From Verrucomicrobiia bacterium (GTDB lineage: Bacteria; Verrucomicrobiota; Verrucomicrobiia; Limisphaerales; Palsa-1400), in the NCBI GenBank assembly GCA_036268455.1, contig DATAUD010000026.1, positions 12,407 through 76,406 of the forward strand: a stretch of 64,000 nt of DNA, written 5' to 3'. Shown here in pieces: positions 1 through 10,356 of this stretch; positions within the stretch are counted from its first letter, which is position 1, and the number at the start of each line of letters is the position of its first letter. The notes under the pieces were generated by a model. It was not told the DNA's origin. It made no database searches and was given only the letters and a program-made list of their open reading frames with translations. The position numbers and the translations under genes were made by a program.

Positions 1-545
1 CGCTCCGCCATCGCCTCCAGCAACGCTGACTGGGCGCGCGGCGTGGCGCGATTGATTTCATCCGCCAAAAGAATCTGCGCGAAGATCGGCCCGGGCCGAA
101 ACTCGAAATCAGCGGTCCGGGGATTGAAAATGGAACTTCCGGTGATGTCGTTGGGAAGCAAGTCAGGGGTGCATTGAATCCGCTTGAACACGCATCCCAG
201 ACTTCGCGACAAAGCCCTGGCGAGCATGGTTTTGGCGACGCCGGGAACATCCTCCAGCAGGACATGTCCCTCGGCAAGGAGAGCGACTACTGTCAACTGG
301 ATTTCCGCGCGCTTGCCGACGATGACTTTTTCGATGTTGTCGATGACCCGGCTTGCGACAGCTCCAACCGGAGAGGAACCCTGTTCGCGTTGGGCGGGGT
401 CCTTTTGCCTGGGAATGCGAATCGCAGCCGGGGTTGAATCCAATAGCGTCCTTGCGCCGCAATTTGGACACGTCACCTTCTTCCCCGCCATTTCGTTTGG
501 GAATTCGATATGCTGTCCGCATTGGGTGCAAGTGCTTTTGGACAT
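1..545 (-). CDS. MoxR-like AAA+ ATPase, 5' part only (runs off the window), with an N-terminal CxxC...CxxC zinc-ribbon extension
   Basis: Own translation of the minus strand from ATG at 545 gives [30 protein letters not shown], then [20 protein letters not shown] and [22 protein letters not shown] (MoxR/AAA_3 hallmarks). The ORF is open at the window edge, so it is absent from the ORF track. Confidence 0.8.
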   Translation of the reverse strand, partial: MSKSTCTQCGQHIEFPNEMAGKKVTCPNCGARTLLDSTPAAIRIPRQKDPAQREQGSSPVGAVASRVIDNIEKVIVGKRAEIQLTVVALLAEGHVLLEDVPGVAKTMLARALSRSLGCVFKRIQCTPDLLPNDITGSSIFNPRTADFEFRPGPIFAQILLADEINRATPRAQSALLEAMAE

Positions 546-551
546 AATTAG

Positions 552-878
552 TTACAAAAACGAACAGATGTACTGGCAAATACCTGACTGAACACCAATG
601 TCGAAACCCGATTTCGCGGCAACTTCAAAAACGTCGCCTGCGGAATAAGTCCTGGCGACATCCTGGCCATCCAGCTTGACGGTGCATTGCCCGTCCACAA
701 TTTCCATTCTTTCGGCCTGGCCCGTGCCAAAGTGAAATTGGCCTGGATAAATCAAACCAAGCGTCTTTTTCACGTTGCCGGTTAAAAGAATTGTGTGGCT
801 GACCACGCGCCCGTCGAAATAGACATTCGCCTTCGCCACCGCGGTTACATTTTGGAATTCATTTGGAATCATGGACAA
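552..878 (-). CDS. ppnP: pyrimidine/purine nucleoside phosphorylase PpnP (YaiE/DUF1255 cupin)
   Basis: The 108-aa ORF contains NVYFDGRVVSH...ERMEIVDGQCTVKL...YSAGDVFEVAAKSGFDI...YICSF, which is collinear with E. coli YaiE. It lies 6 nt upstream of the MoxR gene. Confidence 0.8.
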   Translation of the reverse strand: MSMIPNEFQNVTAVAKANVYFDGRVVSHTILLTGNVKKTLGLIYPGQFHFGTGQAERMEIVDGQCTVKLDGQDVARTYSAGDVFEVAAKSGFDIGVQSGICQYICSFL

Positions 879-996
879 ATTTTAGGGTTTCAACCGTGCG
901 CTATAAAGTTTAAAAATGTGTCGTGCGAGTCGATTCTGATTTGACAGTGGAGGCGGCCAGGACTCACGCGCGAAAACACTCGCCAGACCCAACCCC

Positions 997-1677
997 ATGA
1001 CGCAAGCCGTGCCAAATGTCATTATCGATGAATTTCTTGGCCACGATCCGGATTGTCCGGTTTTCGGATTTAACCTCGCCTGTGCGTATCCATTCCCTCC
1101 TGCCGTCGCGCAATTCTACCATCTTTTTGCCGGCCGCCTGTCCGCGCTGGACCCGTGTGTGTATGTTTATCCCGAGTGCGAAACGCATGTGACCATCATC
1201 ACATTCGTCAACTTCAGCCTGCATCGGCGGCCGGACGCAAGCCGACTCGCGCGATTGCAATCGCTTCGTGAACCTGTGATTGAAATCCTGCGCACGGTGC
1301 CGGCAGGCCCCATGTTTTCATTGCTGATCGGCAAACCTGTATTAACTGCGAAGGCAGCCATCCTGCCGATCTCGGATCCAACGGGGGAAATCGGCCGCAT
1401 TCGCCGCGAAGTCATTGCCGCGCTCCAGGCGAACGGGGAATTGCATCGGAGACTGTCGGCTGCCGGCCTGAATGTCCCGGGAATTATCCACAGCACCGTG
1501 ATGCGGTTTAAATCCGCGCCGTCGGACTTGAAACGATTCGTCGCTGATTTCGAAAAGATTGCCGCGTCCGTTCAACCGGTTGAAATCAGAATCGAAGAAC
1601 TTCTCCTCACTCTCGAAACCAAGCCGTACATGCGCGAAGGGATGATCGACCATCGTTTTCCGCTCGCTCCTGTTTGA
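997..1677 (+). CDS. 2H phosphoesterase superfamily protein (LigT-like), function unknown
   Basis: The 226-aa ORF has two HxT/S motifs about 100 aa apart (ETHVTIITF and IIHSTVMRF), which is the 2H-fold signature. Confidence 0.55.
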   Translation: MTQAVPNVIIDEFLGHDPDCPVFGFNLACAYPFPPAVAQFYHLFAGRLSALDPCVYVYPECETHVTIITFVNFSLHRRPDASRLARLQSLREPVIEILRTVPAGPMFSLLIGKPVLTAKAAILPISDPTGEIGRIRREVIAALQANGELHRRLSAAGLNVPGIIHSTVMRFKSAPSDLKRFVADFEKIAASVQPVEIRIEELLLTLETKPYMREGMIDHRFPLAPV

Positions 1678-1701
1678 CGCGTTCCCTATCGTTTGCGCCG
1701 T

Positions 1702-3177
1702 ATGTCGCAATCAAAAGTGGAATGGGTGCGGGTGCCAACGCTCAAGACGCCCGACAATTTTCGCAAATACACGGCTTCGCTTGGGTTGAATCTGCCGTGT
1801 GACTCCCAAATCGAAACCGCCGCATCCTCGCCTCTTAACCGTCCGGTCGAAGGTGTGTTAATCAACGGAAAAAAAATCGGCAATCGCTTCGCCGTCCAGC
1901 CCATGGAAGGCTGGGACGGCACGCGAACTGGCGGATTGACCGATGAGGTGTTGCGACGCTGGACGCGCTTCGGTCAAAGCGGCGCCAAGCTGATTTGCGG
2001 CGGAGAAGCCATGGCGGTCCGCCCCGACGGCCGGGCCAATCCAAATCAACTCATCATCCGGGAGGAGAATAAAGCCGATTTGGCGCGGTTGCGCGAGACC
2101 CTTCTCGAGGCCCACCGCACGCGCTATGGAATGGTTGACGACCCTGTCATCGGCTTTCAATTGACGCATTCCGGCCGATTCTGCCGGCCCAACGACAAAC
2201 GGCTGGAATCACGCGTCGCCTATCGCCATCCGATACTTGACAAAAAATTTAACGTCACAAGCGATTCGCAAGTCTTTACTGACGCGGAAATCCGAGAATT
2301 GATCGGCGATTACGTGAAAGCGGCCAAAATTGCGTGGGACATCGGGGCTGATTTTGTGGATATCAAGCATTGCCACGGTTATTTGCTCCATGAATTCCTG
2401 AGCGCGTTCACACGTCCGGGGGATTACGGCGGATCGTTTGAAAACCGCACGCGCATCCTGCGCGAAATTGTCGGGGGGATTCGCGCTGACGGCAATAAAA
2501 TCGAGATTGGCGTCCGTTTGAGTTGTTTCGACACGGTGCCTTTCAAGCCTGATCCGTCGCGCGCGGAATCTGGCAAACTTGGTCCCGGCGTGCCGGATGA
2601 TTTTCCCGTGCCGTATCCTTACGGGTTTGGAGTCAATCAACAAAATCCGCTGGAACTGGACTTGGCCGAGACACACCAATTTGCGCAATTGTGCGCGCGA
2701 CTCGGAATCAAAATCCTGAACATCACCGCTGGCTCGCCCTATTATTGCCCGCACATCCAACGTCCCGCCGCCTATCCGCCCTCTGATGGTTACCAGCCAC
2801 CGCGCGATCCTCTGGTCGATGTCGCGCGCCAGATTGACGCCACGCGCCAGATTAAAGCGAAAGCGCCGGACGGCATGGTGATTATAGGCTCCGCTTACAG
2901 TTACCTGCAGGAGTTTCTTCCCGCCGTCGCCCAAGCCGTGGTGCGGGAGGGGTGGGCCGACATGATCGGCCTAGGTCGGATGATCTTGAGTTATCCTACG
3001 CTGCCCGCGGAAACTTTGGAGCGCGGCGCGCTGACTGCAAAGTCCATTTGCCGCACCTTTAGCGATTGCACGACCGCGCCTCGTAACGGAATGATCAGCG
3101 GGTGCTATCCACTCGACAAATATTACGCGTTAAAGCCCGAGGCGGAAAAAGTCAAAGCGCTGAAAAAAGCGTTATAA
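1702..3177 (+). CDS. NADH:flavin oxidoreductase, Old Yellow Enzyme family
   Basis: Motifs FAVQPMEG...GAKLICGGEAMAV, GFQLTHSGRF and DFVDIKHCHGYLLHEFLS...R.D.YGGSFENR. The track start at 1693 is TTG, so I used the ATG at 1702. Confidence 0.8.
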   Translation: MSQSKVEWVRVPTLKTPDNFRKYTASLGLNLPCDSQIETAASSPLNRPVEGVLINGKKIGNRFAVQPMEGWDGTRTGGLTDEVLRRWTRFGQSGAKLICGGEAMAVRPDGRANPNQLIIREENKADLARLRETLLEAHRTRYGMVDDPVIGFQLTHSGRFCRPNDKRLESRVAYRHPILDKKFNVTSDSQVFTDAEIRELIGDYVKAAKIAWDIGADFVDIKHCHGYLLHEFLSAFTRPGDYGGSFENRTRILREIVGGIRADGNKIEIGVRLSCFDTVPFKPDPSRAESGKLGPGVPDDFPVPYPYGFGVNQQNPLELDLAETHQFAQLCARLGIKILNITAGSPYYCPHIQRPAAYPPSDGYQPPRDPLVDVARQIDATRQIKAKAPDGMVIIGSAYSYLQEFLPAVAQAVVREGWADMIGLGRMILSYPTLPAETLERGALTAKSICRTFSDCTTAPRNGMISGCYPLDKYYALKPEAEKVKALKKAL

Positions 3178-3208
3178 GGGCAAAACCGACGGGTTCTTGT
3201 GACACACG

Positions 3209-5659
3209 TTAAGAATCCCGGTGATCGAGCACTTCCCGAACCTTGTGCGCCAGGGCGGAGGGCGCGAACGGTTTTTGCAAAAGCGCCACGCCTTTGTCCA
3301 GCACACCTTGGTGGACAATGGCGTTCTCGGTATAGGCGGTGGTGAACAGGATTTTGGTGTGCGGATACAGCGCTTTAACGCGGTCAGCCAATTCCTTGCC
3401 GCTCATATGCGGCATCACAACATCTGTAAATAATAAATCGACATGCCCGGCACCGCGTTGCTGTTTCAAGCTCAAGGCCTCAACTCCATTGGCCGCCGCC
3501 CGGACGGTGTAGCCGAGCCGCCGCAGAACTGTCCCCGCCATTTCCCGCAACGCGGGATCATCCTCGACCAACAAAATGGTTTCTGTTCCGTTCGGCAATG
3601 CCAGCGGTCCCGGTGGCCGCGGTGGAGCTTTTTTCTGCTGTTGAAGTTGCGCCAGGTAAATCTTGAAGGTCGCGCCGCGGCCAATTTCGCTATAAATGCT
3701 GATGTGACCGCCGCTTTGTTTGACAATGCCATAACAGGTGGACAAGCCCAAACCGTTTCCCTGGCCAACGCATTTCGTGGTAAAAAATGGTTCGAAGGCG
3801 CGCGCCTTGACATCCTCGCTCATGCCCATCCCCGTATCGGTAATGGCCAGCATCACGTAATCGCCGGGCTTTAATTCCGGATATCGGCCCATACTATCCT
3901 GATCGAACGAAACATTCGCGGTTTCCAATGTAAGCCTGCCTCCATTGGGCATGGCATCACGCGCGTTCATAACCATGTTCAGGATGACCTGTTCGATCTG
4001 CCCGGCATCGGCCTTTACCGGTTGAAGGCCCGGGGCGGGAACGATGTGGATTTTAACATCGCCGCCCATGATGTGGTGGAGCATCCCGTTCATATTTGCC
4101 AGGACCTTGTTCAGATCGAGGGTTTCCATCCGCAACATTTGTTTGCGGCCGTAGGCCAGAAGCTGGCGGGTGAGCGTGGCCGCGCGAACGGCGGCCCGGT
4201 TGATTTCCATTGCGCTTTTGGCGGACGAAGTGTCAGCAGGAAGATCGTTCAACAATAACTCGCTCTGCCCGATGATGGCCGTGAGGATGCTGTTGAATTC
4301 GTGCGCGATGCCACCCGCCAATTTGCCGACGGTTTCCAATTTTTGAGATTGAAACACCTTGGCTTCGATTCCTTTTCGCTCAGTGATGTCGCGCTGAATG
4401 GCGACGAAATGCGTTGTCTTTTGGTCCGCGTCGCGAAGAGGGGCGACGTGCCATTCCAGATTGAATTCTTTTCCATCCTTGCGGTAATTGATGGCTTCGC
4501 CTTGAAATGTTTCGCCCCGTTCAAGATTTTTGCGCAACCGGTCCAGAACGGCCTTCTCCGTTTTAGGGCCTTGTAAAATTCGCGGCGTTTTACCAATTGC
4601 CTCTTCCGCGGTGTATCCGGTCATTCTGGTGAAAGCGGGATTGACGAAGACAACTTTTGGCCCCGGCAAATCGAGTTGCGCGTCCGTAATCACGATGGCC
4701 TCTTTGCACTGTTCCACGGCGGAACCGAGCAGTCGCAACGATTCTTCCGCTTTCTTGCGAGCGGTAATGTCGCGGAACGACCAGACCCGGCCATAGTATT
4801 TTCCGTCCTTGCCGATTGCGGGGAATGAATGCCGGTCCAGGATCGTGCCGTCCTTGAGTTCGACTTCATCGTGGCTGGTTTCAGCGGGATGCGCATAAAG
4901 ATGGAGAACTTTTTGGACGAAGGGTTCAGGATGTTTGATGAAGTCCCTTACCCACCTGACCCGATTCACGTCGCCTTCCTCCTCGGCGATGTGCGCCGGC
5001 ATGTTAAATAAGTCAACGAAACGCCGATTCTGAAAAATCGTCTTTCTGTCCGAGTCAACAATCAAAAGTCCGTCCACGGAAGAGTTCACTTCGGCTTCAA
5101 GGAACGCGGTTTTCCACTCCAACTCCGCTTGCGCGCCCTTGAGTTGCGCCACGGTTTCCTGGAGTTCTGTTCCTCTGCGCCGCAATTCAAGCAGCGCGAC
5201 CACCTGGCGGCTCAACGCTTGCAGCGCCGCCTTTTGTTCCGGGCTTAATTCGCGCGGCACTTGATCTTTCACGCACAACATTCCCAGCGCATGTCCGTCG
5301 GACGTCACGAGAGGCGCCCCGGCATAGAACCGGATTTTGGCGTCCCCGGTGACCAACGGATTTGAGGCGAATCGAGTGTCAGTTTGCGCATCCTTAACAA
5401 CGAAAACTTCGGCCTGCAAAATCCCGTGCGCGCAAAAGGCAATGTCGCGCGGCGTTTCGCCCGCTGTCATGCCCACCTTGGATTTGAACCATTGGCGATT
5501 CTCGTCAATCAAGCTGACCATCGCGATGGGAGTTCCGCAAATATGGGAAGCAAGCAGGGTAATATCGTCAAACTCCTGCTCTGGAGGCGTGTCGAGGATT
5601 TGATAAAGTCGCAACGCCCTCAGGCGCTCTTTTTCATCAGTCGGCAATGGGGCATGCAT
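3209..5659 (-). CDS. hybrid sensor histidine kinase (GAF - 2x PAS - HisKA - HATPase - receiver)
   Basis: GAF-like N-terminus (LRLYQILDTPPEQEFDDIT...), H-box GGIAHEFNSIL, G-boxes DTGMGM and GLGLS, and C-terminal receiver LLFTDVVMPHMSG. I chose MHAPLPTDEK (5659) as the start. It still overlaps the upstream stop by 23 nt. Confidence 0.85.
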   Translation of the reverse strand: MHAPLPTDEKERLRALRLYQILDTPPEQEFDDITLLASHICGTPIAMVSLIDENRQWFKSKVGMTAGETPRDIAFCAHGILQAEVFVVKDAQTDTRFASNPLVTGDAKIRFYAGAPLVTSDGHALGMLCVKDQVPRELSPEQKAALQALSRQVVALLELRRRGTELQETVAQLKGAQAELEWKTAFLEAEVNSSVDGLLIVDSDRKTIFQNRRFVDLFNMPAHIAEEEGDVNRVRWVRDFIKHPEPFVQKVLHLYAHPAETSHDEVELKDGTILDRHSFPAIGKDGKYYGRVWSFRDITARKKAEESLRLLGSAVEQCKEAIVITDAQLDLPGPKVVFVNPAFTRMTGYTAEEAIGKTPRILQGPKTEKAVLDRLRKNLERGETFQGEAINYRKDGKEFNLEWHVAPLRDADQKTTHFVAIQRDITERKGIEAKVFQSQKLETVGKLAGGIAHEFNSILTAIIGQSELLLNDLPADTSSAKSAMEINRAAVRAATLTRQLLAYGRKQMLRMETLDLNKVLANMNGMLHHIMGGDVKIHIVPAPGLQPVKADAGQIEQVILNMVMNARDAMPNGGRLTLETANVSFDQDSMGRYPELKPGDYVMLAITDTGMGMSEDVKARAFEPFFTTKCVGQGNGLGLSTCYGIVKQSGGHISIYSEIGRGATFKIYLAQLQQQKKAPPRPPGPLALPNGTETILLVEDDPALREMAGTVLRRLGYTVRAAANGVEALSLKQQRGAGHVDLLFTDVVMPHMSGKELADRVKALYPHTKILFTTAYTENAIVHQGVLDKGVALLQKPFAPSALAHKVREVLDHRDS

Positions 5660-7238
5660 CGGGGGTTTGTTTCTCGGCCTGGTTGAGGGTGTCTCCGCAA
5701 TCCAGCATCTCGCGAACTTTGCGGCCAAGCATCACGGGGGAATACGGCTTGGGCAGGAATTGAAATCCCACCTCCAATGATCCGTTCTGCGTGATCGCGT
5801 CATCGGTATATCCGGACGTGAAGAGAATCTTGAGATCGGGATTGGCTGTTGTAAGCCATTCGGCCATCACTTTGCCGCCCATCTGCGGCATGATGACGTC
5901 GGTAATCACCAGTCGAATCGTCGAGCCTTTATGGTCGCGCACTGTGTTCAAGGCATCCTGGCCGTTGGACGCCGCCAGCACTTCGTAACCCTGATTCTCC
6001 AAAAAACTTCGGGCAAGGTGTCTCAATGAGGGCTCGTCTTCGACGACCAGCAAGGTCTCCGTTCCTCGCGGCATGGGGCCCGTTTGCGGCTTGGCTGCGT
6101 CATCCAAAGGCTGATCGACTCGCGGAAAATAAACGCGGAAGGTCGTTCCTTTGCCGAGTTCACTCCGCACGTCAATGAAACCTCCCAACTGTTGCACGAT
6201 GGTCTGGCAGGTCGCCAAACCCAAACCGGTGCCTTTACCCTTCGGTTTTGTCGTGAAAAATGCCTCAAACAGGTGGGCTTTAACTTCGTCGGTCATGCCG
6301 GTTCCTGTATCACTGACACTGAAAACAACATAGTTGCCGGGCGTTGCGCCCTCATGCTTCCGCGCGGATGCCTCGTCCAGCTTGGCGTTCCCCGTCGCAA
6401 TAGTAAGCTTGCCCCCGTTGGGCATCGCGTCCCGGGCGTTGACAACCAGATTCATCAGAAGTTGTCCGACATACCCTGAATCCGCCTTGACCCGTCCAAT
6501 CTCTTTTCCAGGGGCAAAGGTCATTTCGATGTTCTCGTCAATCAACCTCCGCAGCATTTTGTCGAGGTCTTTGACCACGTCATTGACATCGAGAACAACA
6601 GGCTGAAGAGTCTCTTTGCGGCTAAAGATAAGGAGTTGCCGCGTCAAACCGGACGCGCGTTCGGTCGCCGACCTAATCGTCTCGATATAGCTTTTGAGCG
6701 CGTCGTCGGAGCCGGCGTTCATCATTATCAGGTCGCTGTAGCCCATGATGACGGCAAGAATGTTATTAAAATCATGGGCCACGCCCCCGGACAACAGCCC
6801 GATCACCTCCATTTTTTGCGCTTCGATAAATTGCGCTTCCAGCCGCTCGCGTTCAGCCCGGTCTTTGACTTCCTGCATGGCGCGGCTCACCGCCGGCGGA
6901 AGTCGGACGAGTTGGTGCTTAAGGACGTAATCCGTCGCTCCGCTCTTAAGCGAATCTATAGCCTGCTGTTCCCCAAGCGTCCCGGAAACGAAGATCAAAG
7001 GAATGGCCGGACAGAGGACGCGAGCGATATTCAACGCGGCCATTCCATCGAACGAAGGCAGCACGCAATCGGAAAGGATCAAGTCAACACCGCCACGTTC
7101 CAGCGCCTCGACAAAACTGGCGCGATCCTGCACTCGAGTGATGGCGCAAGCGAAGTTTTCGGATTCCAGCGCCGCTTGGATGAGCATGGCATCACGTGGG
7201 TCGTCCTCAAGGTGGAGGATGCGAAGGGGGTGGGTCAT
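5637..7238 (-). CDS. hybrid histidine kinase (receiver - HisKA - HATPase - receiver)
   Basis: N-terminal receiver ILHLEDDPRD...LILSDCVLPSFDG, H-box GGVAHDFNNIL, DTGTGM/GLGLA, and C-terminal receiver LVITDVIMPQMGG. Confidence 0.85.
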   Translation of the reverse strand: MTHPLRILHLEDDPRDAMLIQAALESENFACAITRVQDRASFVEALERGGVDLILSDCVLPSFDGMAALNIARVLCPAIPLIFVSGTLGEQQAIDSLKSGATDYVLKHQLVRLPPAVSRAMQEVKDRAERERLEAQFIEAQKMEVIGLLSGGVAHDFNNILAVIMGYSDLIMMNAGSDDALKSYIETIRSATERASGLTRQLLIFSRKETLQPVVLDVNDVVKDLDKMLRRLIDENIEMTFAPGKEIGRVKADSGYVGQLLMNLVVNARDAMPNGGKLTIATGNAKLDEASARKHEGATPGNYVVFSVSDTGTGMTDEVKAHLFEAFFTTKPKGKGTGLGLATCQTIVQQLGGFIDVRSELGKGTTFRVYFPRVDQPLDDAAKPQTGPMPRGTETLLVVEDEPSLRHLARSFLENQGYEVLAASNGQDALNTVRDHKGSTIRLVITDVIMPQMGGKVMAEWLTTANPDLKILFTSGYTDDAITQNGSLEVGFQFLPKPYSPVMLGRKVREMLDCGDTLNQAEKQTPDACPIAD

Positions 7239-8551
7239 TTTTCTTCCTTTTCCGGGGAAACATTTTTCCCGCTGTCGATCAAGGACTTTTCGTCCAATGT
7301 AAAATAGAAGGTTGCCCCTTCATTTGGGACTCCTTCAGCCCATATTTTGCCGCCGTGCTTTTGAATGATGCGCTTTACCGTTGCCAATCCAATTCCCGAG
7401 CCTTCGAATTCGTCCATGCGGTGCAAACGTTGAAATGCGCGGAAAAGTTTGCCGGCATACTCCATGTCGAAGCCCGCTCCGTTGTCACGGATGAAATAGG
7501 GCGAGTCAACTTCACTGTGATTCCTGCCAAACTCGATTCGGGCGTCCGAACGTTTCGAGGTGAACTTCCATGCGTTGCCAAGCAGGTTCAGCAATGCGCT
7601 GTACAGCAAGCGTTGATCTCCTTGAGTGTTCAACCCCGATGCGATATCCACGCGCACCGCGCGATCAGGCTGGCTTTCCCGCAATTCCGCCATCACCTCG
7701 CCTGCCAGGGCGCTGAGATCGATCGGACGCCGATAAACTCGAGCGCGCGAGGCCTTGGACAGCTCCAGCAAGCCGTCAATAAGCCCTGCCATCTTTTGCG
7801 TGCTGTTGCAGATGGAGCTAAGATGTCTAAGATTGGTTTCGTCCAGTTGGGCCGCTCCATTTCTCAGAACCAACTTTGCGAAACCGTCGATATGCCGGAG
7901 CGGCGCGCGCAAATCATGGGACACCGAATAAGTAAACGCTTCGAATTCCAGGTTGGACGCTTCAAGTTCCATCGTGCGATGGCGGACGCGTAAATCCAGT
8001 TCGCTATTGGTCCGCCGCAATTCGGCGCTCGCCCGTTCCAGTTGCTCGGTACGGAGCGCCAGATCGCGATTCGTTTGTTCCAGTTCCAGATTTTTAGTTT
8101 CCAGCTTCGCGACCAGGCGATCGCTGTATTCCCTCATCACACCAGATTCGGAAAGCATCGGGACACGATCTGAAAGGGACCGCTTGTCCGTGCTCGCGGC
8201 CTCTCTCAACGCCGTCAAAATCGCCTGTGACGAAGCGGGCTTTTGCAAATACTTATCCGCGCCCAAATTATAGCAGAGGCTTTCATCGCTCGGCGACGTG
8301 TAGGTGGCGGTGTAAAAAATAAAAGGCAACAGGCGAAACTTTTCGTTCTTGCGGATTTCGTAACAGAGACGGTACCCGTCCATGCGCGGCATAAGGATGT
8401 CCGAGATAATGGCGTCAACCGCCGCGCCTTCGAGGACGTTGAGCGCCTCCATGCCGTCAGAGGCTTCGGCGACTTCGAAGTTTTCCCTTTCCAGCATGGC
8501 TCGCAGAACTTTCAAATTGGTTCGAGTGTCATCGACGATCAGCACTTTCAT
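7235..8551 (-). CDS. receiver - coiled coil - histidine kinase
   Basis: Receiver MKVLIVDD...IISDILMPRMDG, H-box SVSHDLRAPLRHI, and HATPase DNGAGFD...GSGIGLA. An ATGA overlap joins it to the next kinase gene (7235-7238). Confidence 0.85.
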   Translation of the reverse strand: MKVLIVDDTRTNLKVLRAMLERENFEVAEASDGMEALNVLEGAAVDAIISDILMPRMDGYRLCYEIRKNEKFRLLPFIFYTATYTSPSDESLCYNLGADKYLQKPASSQAILTALREAASTDKRSLSDRVPMLSESGVMREYSDRLVAKLETKNLELEQTNRDLALRTEQLERASAELRRTNSELDLRVRHRTMELEASNLEFEAFTYSVSHDLRAPLRHIDGFAKLVLRNGAAQLDETNLRHLSSICNSTQKMAGLIDGLLELSKASRARVYRRPIDLSALAGEVMAELRESQPDRAVRVDIASGLNTQGDQRLLYSALLNLLGNAWKFTSKRSDARIEFGRNHSEVDSPYFIRDNGAGFDMEYAGKLFRAFQRLHRMDEFEGSGIGLATVKRIIQKHGGKIWAEGVPNEGATFYFTLDEKSLIDSGKNVSPEKEEK

Positions 8552-8712
8552 ACCGGGTCCTTTCGCCAGGAGTGTGGAACGAGCGCAAACGGGCTGTTTT
8601 GCTATTTATTTAACAATTTTTGCTTCTAATTGCTGACTATCAGTAACATGAGACAATCCACCTATCTATCGGCCTTGGCGGGGGAAAACTTAACAGGAGT
8701 TGATGGGAAACT

Positions 8713-10272
8713 TTACGCCTGAATCCCGAATATCGCCGGGTCCAGGCCAAGTTTGTCGCCAACCGTCTTTTGCCATTTTACCAATTCGCGAAACAGTTCG
8801 GAAATCGTCGCGGAGTGACGGGCATCGCCCGCAAGATTGGTGATTTCCCACGGGTCATTGGCCATGTCGAACAATTGAATTTTCTTCACCTCTGGATAAA
8901 GGATCAGCTTGTGGTTTTCGGTTCGCACCATGCGTTGGTAACGCCGATAGGCGCAATAAATGGAGTCGTAAAGCCGCGGGCGTTCGCCACGCAACACCGG
9001 CAGAAGACTGGGGAATTGCACGGTCGCCGGCGTGGCGATTCCGGCCAAATCGCACAGCGTTGGGAAAAGAGAATGCTGGTACACCATTGCGTCAATCCGA
9101 TGCCCGGCGGCGATGCCAGGACCGCAAATAATAAATGGCATCCGCAACGAGCAATCGTAGAGATTCTGTTTGCCCATCAACCCGTGCTCGCCCACAGCCA
9201 GCCCGTGGTCCCCCGTGATAATGATGTAGGTGTTGTCCGCCTGGCCCGTCTTGTCCAACGCATCAATGATCCGGCCAAGTTGCTGATCCATGTGAGTGAT
9301 GATCGCATAATATTCCCGCCGGTGAACCTGCGCGTCGTGCGGCGTGAGCGGAGAAGGCGCCAGTTTTTCGTCGCGCACCTGGGCGTCACCCTGATCGAAC
9401 GGATGCTTCGGCAGGAAATTAGGCGGCACTTCAATCTTCTCTGTCGGATACATGTCAACTATTTCCCTGGGCGCCTGCCGCGGATCGTGCGGCGCGTTCC
9501 ATGCAAGATAAAAAAAGAATGGCCGATCAGCCGTGGCCGGCATTTGCCCCAACAATTCGATGACGCGGTCAGTGTAGAGTTCGCTGGAGTGCTGGCTCCT
9601 TTGGTAACGCTTGCCGGCTTCGGCGGGTTTTGGCCCATTTTGCGAAATCCAAAGCCCGTCATGCTCCGGATACTCGATGTCCCACAAATCGTTCGGCGTC
9701 CAATGACCGTGATATTGCGGGTCCCACGGCGTCCACGGGTCGCCGGGGCGCGGACGGTTGTAGGCGATTCCGCTCTCGGGCGTGGAAGCAAAAAAGCCGG
9801 GGCCAAGGGTCTTGCCGGTCGTGAAACTTCGCAAGGCCGTCTGATCGCCGTTGTGCCATTTTCCCACCGCGTAAGTATCGTAGCCCGCCATTTGAAGGAC
9901 CTCGCCCAACAGCGGATAAAATCCGCAACGATCGCCGCCGCAGTTCCAGACGTAACGGCCTGTGTGGATCATCGCGCGACTGGCGACGCAGAGAGCGCCT
10001 GACCACGAACCCTGATGAAAACAGTGCGTGAAAGCCGTGCCGCGCTTGAGAAGGCGATCAAACGTCGGCGTATGAACTTCGGGATTATTTAATGTGTTGA
10101 TGGTTCGGAAAGCCTGGTCATCGGCGACCACTATGAGGAAATTTGGTTTTTTGCTCGGAGAAGCGTTCGGCGGCTCCCCGGCGGTCAACTGTTTGGGAGC
10201 AAGCAGCGCCGAGGCGGAAATTCCGCCAACGCGCTTTAAAAAATTTCGCCGGTCAAATCCTGTTTGCGTCAT
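8713..10272 (-). CDS. sulfatase (Cys-type formylglycine), Tat-signal
   Basis: Twin-arginine N-terminus [11 protein letters not shown], then LIVVADDQ and the [12 protein letters not shown] sulfatase signature. Confidence 0.85.
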   Translation of the reverse strand: MTQTGFDRRNFLKRVGGISASALLAPKQLTAGEPPNASPSKKPNFLIVVADDQAFRTINTLNNPEVHTPTFDRLLKRGTAFTHCFHQGSWSGALCVASRAMIHTGRYVWNCGGDRCGFYPLLGEVLQMAGYDTYAVGKWHNGDQTALRSFTTGKTLGPGFFASTPESGIAYNRPRPGDPWTPWDPQYHGHWTPNDLWDIEYPEHDGLWISQNGPKPAEAGKRYQRSQHSSELYTDRVIELLGQMPATADRPFFFYLAWNAPHDPRQAPREIVDMYPTEKIEVPPNFLPKHPFDQGDAQVRDEKLAPSPLTPHDAQVHRREYYAIITHMDQQLGRIIDALDKTGQADNTYIIITGDHGLAVGEHGLMGKQNLYDCSLRMPFIICGPGIAAGHRIDAMVYQHSLFPTLCDLAGIATPATVQFPSLLPVLRGERPRLYDSIYCAYRRYQRMVRTENHKLILYPEVKKIQLFDMANDPWEITNLAGDARHSATISELFRELVKWQKTVGDKLGLDPAIFGIQA

Positions 10273-10356
10273 AACTTTGTCCTTTATCCTTTCTCTCTAT
10301 TCAACTTGCAGCTTTGCCGGCCCATTAGGCAATATCCGATCCAAAGACTATTCATT

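Noticed and set aside
8770-10002. 410-aa ORF antisense to the sulfatase gene.
   Set aside because: It is an Arg/Gly/Pro/His-rich shadow ORF typical of high-GC DNA, and the opposite strand carries unmistakable sulfatase motifs.
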